This document shows positions 58,294-64,000 of a stretch of DNA of 64,000 nt, piece by piece. Source of the stretch: Candidatus Zhuqueibacterota bacterium (GTDB lineage: Bacteria; Zhuqueibacterota; Zhuqueibacteria; Residuimicrobiales; Residuimicrobiaceae). Below the pieces are notes generated by a model. That model saw only the letters and a program-made list of their open reading frames with translations. It ran no database searches and had not been told where the DNA came from. Each line of letters starts with the position of its first letter. The first letter of the stretch is position 1. The stretch lies in NCBI GenBank assembly GCA_963169875.1, contig CAUJEL010000040.1, forward strand, positions 93,570 to 157,569. Direction: 5' to 3'. The translations under genes and the position numbers were made by a program.

Positions 58294-59310
58294 TTACTCC
58301 GTTTTGGGCAACTCAACTGGAACGATGGATATTTCGAGCTTTTCATCCCATCTGATGATCTGCAGTTGCAATGATTTGCCAATGGGCCACTTGGAGAGGA
58401 AGCGGTGCATGTCATCGATGGAAGAAACCTTTTCCTGGTTCATGGCGATGATGAGATCGCCTTCCTTGAAGCCGCTTTTGGCAGCAGGTCCATCCGCATC
58501 CACACTCATCACTTCCACCGCGGTTTCATTTTCAAGATGATGAAAGCGGATGATTTGGCGGCTGATGGGGCGGCTGCGGCCGCTGATGCCGAGGTAACCG
58601 CGGCGAACGCGGCCATTGCTGAGCAGCTGGGTGATGATCCATTGTGCGGTGTCAGCGGGGATGGCAAATCCAATGCCCTGCGCCTGGGGGATGATGGCGG
58701 TGTTGATGCCAACGACGCGGCCGTGCGTGTCAAGAAGGGGTCCGCCCGAGTTGCCGGGATTCAACGGCGCGGTGTGCTGGATGACGTTATCGATCTGGCG
58801 GCCATCCTGGCTGCGCAGTGAACGGCCCAGGGCGCTGACGACCCCGGAAGAGACCGTGGATTGGAAGCCCAGTGGATTGCCCATGGCGAGCACCAATTGA
58901 CCAACTCGAAGGGATGCGGAATCACCCAGCGTCAAATAAGGCAGTCCGGCGGCAGCGGCGCGGATGACAGCCAGATCAGAGGCTGGATCCAGACCAATGA
59001 TCGCCGCCTGGTAACGGCTGCCGTCGGTGAACACCACGTCGATGACATCAGCATTCTGGACAACATGAAAATTGGTGAGGATGTATCCGTCGGGCGTCAT
59101 GACGATGCCGGAACCGGCGCCGGCGGGTTCAAAACGGCGGCGGTTTTGTCTGCGCAGGAATATACTGACGACCGCGGGGCTGACCCCGTCAACCACGGCA
59201 ACGATCGCGCGCGAACAGGCATCCAGCAAGGCGATGGCATCCTGGTGTTCCACGGCTACCGTGCACCTTTTTTCGTCTCCTTGCGGTACAGCTTTTCCTT
59301 GATCAGACAT
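58294..59310 (-). CDS. HtrA-like trypsin serine protease with PDZ domain
   Basis: GSG..LTNFHVV, DLAV, NPGNSGGPL, C-terminal PDZ. Confidence 0.94.
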   Translation of the reverse strand: MSDQGKAVPQGDEKRCTVAVEHQDAIALLDACSRAIVAVVDGVSPAVVSIFLRRQNRRRFEPAGAGSGIVMTPDGYILTNFHVVQNADVIDVVFTDGSRYQAAIIGLDPASDLAVIRAAAAGLPYLTLGDSASLRVGQLVLAMGNPLGFQSTVSSGVVSALGRSLRSQDGRQIDNVIQHTAPLNPGNSGGPLLDTHGRVVGINTAIIPQAQGIGFAIPADTAQWIITQLLSNGRVRRGYLGISGRSRPISRQIIRFHHLENETAVEVMSVDADGPAAKSGFKEGDLIIAMNQEKVSSIDDMHRFLSKWPIGKSLQLQIIRWDEKLEISIVPVELPKTE

Positions 59311-59338
59311 AGTGATGCCCCTCAAGATTGAAACAACG

Positions 59339-61387
59339 TCAACTGGTCTCCTGGTTGAGAACACTGCTCTCCGTGATCGGCGTAACGGCCGGAAGCTGGA
59401 GTTCCTGTCCCGGCCGCAGTTTGAGCAAATCCTGATTTTTATTGAGGCGTTGCAGCAGCCAGACGGGTGCAGAAACCACCCGGTTGCACAGGTACCAGAT
59501 GCTGTCGCCGCTTTTTATGATATACGTGCGCGTGCTGTCGATGCGATAGTTGCTGAAAAAATCTTCCTGGATGCTGCGGTGAAACTCGAGACGGCGGCGA
59601 TGGAATTCCGCGGCTGTGACGCGGGAGAAATCCACGGTCAGCTTGTCGCCGAGCTGGATATTTTCGCCGGAGCCGATCCGGTTCAAGTCCCGCAACCGCT
59701 GCGCCGACGTGCCGAGCCATTCAGCCAGGTGTCCAATGGTCTCTTCCGGCTGCACGATGACGGTATTGGAAGCCGGAGCCTCAAAATTCACTTCAAACAG
59801 CCAATCGCCGAAACCATTGCCATTTTTTTGCTCCTTTTGCACCGGGCCGTAGATGGTTTTGCCATTGCCCGCTTGTGCGCGCGCCAGGTTGAGGAGTGAA
59901 GTATCCGCGGTTGCAACCGCTGCCATGGCGGTCGCGGTGACCGTATCCCGGGGTGTGACCTGGGCAACGGCCGGTTTATCAGCAGCCGGGTGCGGTGCTG
60001 AAGCGGTCGCAGTCGGGGCGGGTTTGGTGGCTGTGGTTGCAGCCGATGAAGCCGGGATGGGCAATTCGAGCAGCTGGCCGGCGCGAAGCCGGCGCGGGTT
60101 GCTGATATCATTCAAATCCATCAACGTCTCAACCGTGGTGCCGAATTGCCGGGCGATGGTGCCGAGATTATCCCCCTGCTCGACGCGATAATAGCGATCA
60201 GTGATTTGCGTGTCATATTTTTCAGCCGCGGGCAGCTGCGCATAGAGCGTCTGGGGATCAAATTCGGGCATGGCCGGCAGCCGCAGTTTGAATCCTTTGG
60301 GGATGCGCCGGGCTGATTTCAGGATCGGCCGCCGCAGCGAGGGATTGAGCTCCGCGACCACATCGCGATCCAGTTTGAATTTTTTCACCAGCGCATCAAA
60401 GGTGATATAGCTGGGCACTTCAAAGGTCGTATAAGCGACGGGCGTTTCCATCTCGACATCCGGGAAGTATTGGTGATAATTCTTGGCCACATGCCGGGCG
60501 GCGAGGAATTCAGCATAAAAGTTTTTCGAGGCAAACCCGAACGCTCTGCCGTTGTAGTATTCGATGATCGTTCCGAGATCATCGGTGTTGAGCTGTTTTT
60601 TGGCGCGCAGCATGCCGCCTTTGCCGTGGTTGTAGGCGGTGATGGCCAACGCCCAGTTCTGCAATTCGCTGTGATTATGGCGCATCAATTTGGCCGCGGC
60701 CTCGGTGGCGAGATAGGGATCGAACCGTTCATCGATCGCGTAATCAATCTTCATATAAATCCGTCCGGTCGAACGGGTGAACTGCCAGATGCCCGCCGCA
60801 CCCAGTTTTGAATAGGCGCGATAGTTGAATGCGGACTCTACATGCGGCAGATAGCATAAATCTTCCGGCAAGCCGTGTTGGCGAAATACGGTCATCATGG
60901 TATCTAGGTAGCGTCCGGATCGCTTCAATCCCTTGAGAAAAAGCTGATTGACGCCGGCCTGGAGATGAATGTTTTTTTCCGCCGTGGCGAACTTCTTCGG
61001 GTTACTACGGAAGGCCCACAGGCGATACACCTGACGCTCACGCTGGTTGAGTTTCAGCGTGTCGACCGGTTCACTCAACAGGCTGAGCTTCTTGAGCGCG
61101 GCACGCACCTCCTGCCGCGTCGCCTCCACCCTGCTCCAGCGCGTACGCTTCGAGAGTGTGGTATCGCCGAGATCGATGACATCATAGACCACGTTGAGGT
61201 GATCTGTGTCGTGAATGATAACGTGTTGTCTTCCATAGATCGTGAACGCCTTGATCCAGAAATCCACCCGGTGCTGTACCTGAGGGGAGACGGGAAATAC
61301 TTCATCCGCCCAGGTATTTGCGGAAGATGCCATCCATAACCCCGCCACAACCCACGCTGTTGCCAGCCAAGTTCTGCGTTTGCTCAT
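59339..61387 (-). CDS. MltD-like lytic transglycosylase with LysM domains
   Basis: LPHVESAF, AAGIWQF, DERFDP, AITAYNHG; LysM repeats. Confidence 0.92.
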   Translation of the reverse strand: MSKRRTWLATAWVVAGLWMASSANTWADEVFPVSPQVQHRVDFWIKAFTIYGRQHVIIHDTDHLNVVYDVIDLGDTTLSKRTRWSRVEATRQEVRAALKKLSLLSEPVDTLKLNQRERQVYRLWAFRSNPKKFATAEKNIHLQAGVNQLFLKGLKRSGRYLDTMMTVFRQHGLPEDLCYLPHVESAFNYRAYSKLGAAGIWQFTRSTGRIYMKIDYAIDERFDPYLATEAAAKLMRHNHSELQNWALAITAYNHGKGGMLRAKKQLNTDDLGTIIEYYNGRAFGFASKNFYAEFLAARHVAKNYHQYFPDVEMETPVAYTTFEVPSYITFDALVKKFKLDRDVVAELNPSLRRPILKSARRIPKGFKLRLPAMPEFDPQTLYAQLPAAEKYDTQITDRYYRVEQGDNLGTIARQFGTTVETLMDLNDISNPRRLRAGQLLELPIPASSAATTATKPAPTATASAPHPAADKPAVAQVTPRDTVTATAMAAVATADTSLLNLARAQAGNGKTIYGPVQKEQKNGNGFGDWLFEVNFEAPASNTVIVQPEETIGHLAEWLGTSAQRLRDLNRIGSGENIQLGDKLTVDFSRVTAAEFHRRRLEFHRSIQEDFFSNYRIDSTRTYIIKSGDSIWYLCNRVVSAPVWLLQRLNKNQDLLKLRPGQELQLPAVTPITESSVLNQETS

Positions 61388-61433
61388 GCCTGAAATGCGA
61401 TCTCCTTGCTATGTGACGCCCATGAAGGTACGG

Positions 61434-61898
61434 TTACTCAATTTGCTGATCTATCTCATCCCAATCCGACAGCCGTCTGCTCAAAAACAACTCGGCATAT
61501 TCCGGATTCTGTCTCAAAATATTTTCAATGATTTCCAACAACCGGCTCTTGTCCATCTTTTTCACTTCCTGGAGAGCCTTATCGACATCGAGGAACTCTT
61601 CGCTATCATTCAGCCAGGCATAGAGAAGCGCCACGATGTGTTTGCAGATTTTCCGCGATTTCTGGCAGGTGCAGGAGCCGGCAAAATCCTGCTCGTGAAA
61701 GGTGAGGCGGACATCATGATTTTCGACATAATTGCCCACCCGGGCGGATATCTGGTTATGAAAAACGGTTGACCGGGTGATGAGCGCGGTTTCGTAATAG
61801 GAGAGGCCGTTGCCGTTGACTGCTTCGCGGTCCAGCGCCGTCACCTGCCCAAGCGTGAGGCTATTCAGCATAGAGGATGTTTTTTTTCTTGCCGGCAT
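61434..61898 (-). CDS. SWIM zinc-finger protein
   Basis: CTC..ICKHIVALL. Confidence 0.85.
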   Translation of the reverse strand: MPARKKTSSMLNSLTLGQVTALDREAVNGNGLSYYETALITRSTVFHNQISARVGNYVENHDVRLTFHEQDFAGSCTCQKSRKICKHIVALLYAWLNDSEEFLDVDKALQEVKKMDKSRLLEIIENILRQNPEYAELFLSRRLSDWDEIDQQIE

Positions 61899-62302
61899 AA
61901 AGGGCCTCCAGATGCACACTTGAATCTTGGTTAATAACTACCCCGCTCATTTGCTGTCATGAGAGAAGCGCTTGTCACCATCTGATGATCAGGGAAAAGA
62001 CGCATGTCAGCGGGAACTGCGAAACGGGGCGAATACATGGATGATTTTAATTTCAGGCAGGCCAAACTGGCGCACCTCTCGCCACACTCACTGGTACATG
62101 ATACAAAAGAAATGGCACAAATTCAAGCTAAAAAGAAGTCAGCAAATTCACCGCAAGCGGAGATCTCGTCACGCGATGGCGCAAACCCCGGGTCCATCTG
62201 TGTACCATCATCACGCAGGCGGCCATGGTGCATCAAACTGGTAGAGCACAGCATACAGGTCAACGCCTGCTTATCCATAATATGCCAGCGACGGATCAAT
62301 GG

Positions 62303-62734
62303 TCAGTTAGGAGTAGCGTCCACAGCCTCTTTTCGCACAGTCAAATTGAGGCCATCCACGGATTCCACCCGCACGGCATCGCCTGCAGACAAATCCTGAT
62401 GGCAAACCGCTTGCCAGATCTCGCCGTCGATCTCCACCTGGTACCCTTTTGAAGTGCGGCGAACGACTTCTCCGCTGGCGCCCTGCAGTCCTTCCAGTCC
62501 GGTCACCGGATGACGCTGCAAAGCCTTCACCACCAGCAACGCGATTGCCAGACTGCCCAAAAACAACAAGGCATAGGTAAAATAATAGAGCCATCCGTGC
62601 ATGTCGATCACCTCGAACTGTTGCATGAGTACAACCATGAGCATATCATCCACTGCGAAAAAAAACGTCAATACGAGGATCAGTCCCAGCGTTTGTTGAC
62701 TGATCCGTGCGTGGTTCCATTTTGGCCATTTCAT
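62303..62734 (-). CDS. NfeD-like membrane protein
   Basis: 2 TMs; TGLEGLQG..GEIWQA..V.VESVDGLNL.V. Confidence 0.85.
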   Translation of the reverse strand: MKWPKWNHARISQQTLGLILVLTFFFAVDDMLMVVLMQQFEVIDMHGWLYYFTYALLFLGSLAIALLVVKALQRHPVTGLEGLQGASGEVVRRTSKGYQVEIDGEIWQAVCHQDLSAGDAVRVESVDGLNLTVRKEAVDATPN

Positions 62735-62739
62735 TGGGG

Positions 62740-63582
62740 TCACCCCTTGACGCTGCCGAGCGTCAATCCCGAGATCAGCCAGCGGCTGAGAAACATGAAC
62801 AGCAAAACCACGGGGATGCTCACCACCACCGCGCCCGCCGAGTAGAGCCCCCACGCCACCTCCATATTGGATTGAAACATCTTTAATCCCAGCGGCAGGG
62901 TGAACATGGTCTTATCCTGAATGATGACCGCGGCCACCAGATATTCGCTCCAGGCGGTCATAAAAGTGAACAGGGCATTGATCACCAATGCCGGCGCCGA
63001 CAGCGGCAGCACAATGCGCCAAAAGACTTCAAAGGGCGTGCAGCCATCGATGCTGGCGGCCTCTTCGAGGCTGAAGGGAATGGTATCGTAAAAACCCTTC
63101 ATCTGCCAGATGGTGAAAGGCAGCGCGGTTGCGGAATAGGCGATGATAAGTCCCAGATAATTATCATAGGCCTTGACCTTGATCAGCAGAATGAAGAGCG
63201 GCAGCAGCAGCATGGTGACCGGAAACATCTGGGTGGTGATGAGGCCGACCATGGCGGTGTCGCGGCCGCGAAATTTATAGCGCGAAAAGGCGTATCCCGC
63301 TGTAGCAGCCAAAGCGCTGCCCACCAGCGTGACCACCCCGGAGACAGCAAAGCTGTTGCCCATCCAGCGCAGGAAGGGTTCCTCCGTGAAGAGATGCACA
63401 TAGGTCTGCAGGGTGGCGTCCTCCGGAATGATCGCAAGGGAGCGGCTCAACAGCCGGTCTCCGGGCCGCAGGGAGACGGAGACCACTTGCAGCACCGGCC
63501 AGATCGCAAACAGGGTGAACAAGGTCAGCACCACATAGGCGGCTATTTTGCCGGTGGTGGATAAATCGCGCGGCTTACGCAT
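62740..63582 (-). CDS. Carbohydrate ABC transporter permease (MalG-like)
   Basis: EAA loop FYDTIPFSLEEAASIDG; AWSEY. Confidence 0.92.
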   Translation of the reverse strand: MRKPRDLSTTGKIAAYVVLTLFTLFAIWPVLQVVSVSLRPGDRLLSRSLAIIPEDATLQTYVHLFTEEPFLRWMGNSFAVSGVVTLVGSALAATAGYAFSRYKFRGRDTAMVGLITTQMFPVTMLLLPLFILLIKVKAYDNYLGLIIAYSATALPFTIWQMKGFYDTIPFSLEEAASIDGCTPFEVFWRIVLPLSAPALVINALFTFMTAWSEYLVAAVIIQDKTMFTLPLGLKMFQSNMEVAWGLYSAGAVVVSIPVVLLFMFLSRWLISGLTLGSVKG

Positions 63583-63605
63583 AATTGCCTCAAATTGAAT
63601 ATGAG

Positions 63606-63766
63606 TTATTTAGCAGATGACGGTTCAGCAGGGCGGCGTCCGCCCAGGGCCTTGCTGCGCTGGTATGCAGCCAGATTGAGCGGGACACTACGGTGCGCAG
63701 ACCGGCAATCATGGCCTCGGCCATCATGCCGGCGCCAATAAAAGCAATGGAGGTGGTTTCTTTCAT
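63606..63766 (-). pseudogene. proC: Pyrroline-5-carboxylate reductase remnant (large internal deletion plus frameshift)
   Basis: MKETTSIAFIGAGMMAEAMIAGL fused to RTVVSRSIW, then after a frame change AAYQRSKALG. Confidence 0.75.
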
Positions 63767-63833
63767 GACAATTTCCTGCTACTCTTAAAAATGTGTCCTT
63801 TTGCAGCCATGACGCATCGGTTCGCCCGGAGGA

Positions 63834-63999
63834 TCAGATGCGTGCGGCTGCGATTCTCTCCTGTAACAGTCGCATAAAATGTTCACGGTCCCGCGGAGAA
63901 ATCAGGATTTTCGCCGTGCGCGTCCTGATCGAGATGCGCTGCAGCGAGAGCGCGGGCGCGCTGAGAATGGAGGCGCTTTTCTCGACCCCCATTATATCT
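63834..63999 (-). CDS. Bacterial PH-domain protein, 5' end outside window
   Basis: Manual translation: ILSAPALSLQRISI..ILISPRDREHF..RI-stop. Confidence 0.75.
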   Translation of the reverse strand, partial: DIMGVEKSASILSAPALSLQRISIRTRTAKILISPRDREHFMRLLQERIAAARI

Positions 64000-64000
64000 T

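Noticed and set aside
61972-62290. Small ORFs between the SWIM and NfeD genes (including a 51-aa minus-strand CxxC ORF)
   Set aside because: No convincing RBS or family motif; I cannot support these without conservation data.
190-63437. Numerous 60-540-aa ORFs in the track antisense to or overlapping clear genes (e.g. 10670-11692, 41778-43388, 57179-58540)
   Set aside because: These are shadow ORFs expected in GC-rich coding DNA; they show no motifs and fully overlap well-supported genes.

Overview
Bacterial chromosomal window (coding DNA GC-rich, intergenic DNA AT-rich) with about 60 genes. I found no rRNA, tRNA, CRISPR array, intact transposase or prophage. FlgD/T9SS-like C-terminal sorting domains, Na+-NQR and Gln-starting mature exported proteins suggest an FCB-superphylum-related lineage such as KSB1 (inference only). 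Housekeeping content includes an nqrABCDEF-CBS-apbE-nqrM cluster, pfkA, alr, pruA, peptidoglycan enzymes, an ECF sigma/anti-sigma/Spy-like operon and a NikR-controlled TonB-receptor operon. Most notable: (1) three dispersed, signal-peptide-bearing, phage-tail-fibre-like genes that share an N-terminal motif and shuffled repeat modules, have different C-terminal tips, and each sit behind a near-identical sigma54-type -24/-12 motif; (2) a SelW/Rdx selenoprotein with in-frame UGA and SECIS, missed by the ORF track; (3) a probably leaderless ORF ending in RDPP (arrest-peptide-like) ahead of two unannotated micro membrane proteins; (4) a proC remnant whose N- and C-termini are fused by a large internal deletion; (5) a 117-bp MITE with perfect TIRs and TSD, plus two dispersed REP-like repeat families. 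All product calls come from motif recognition by eye; no database searches were run.
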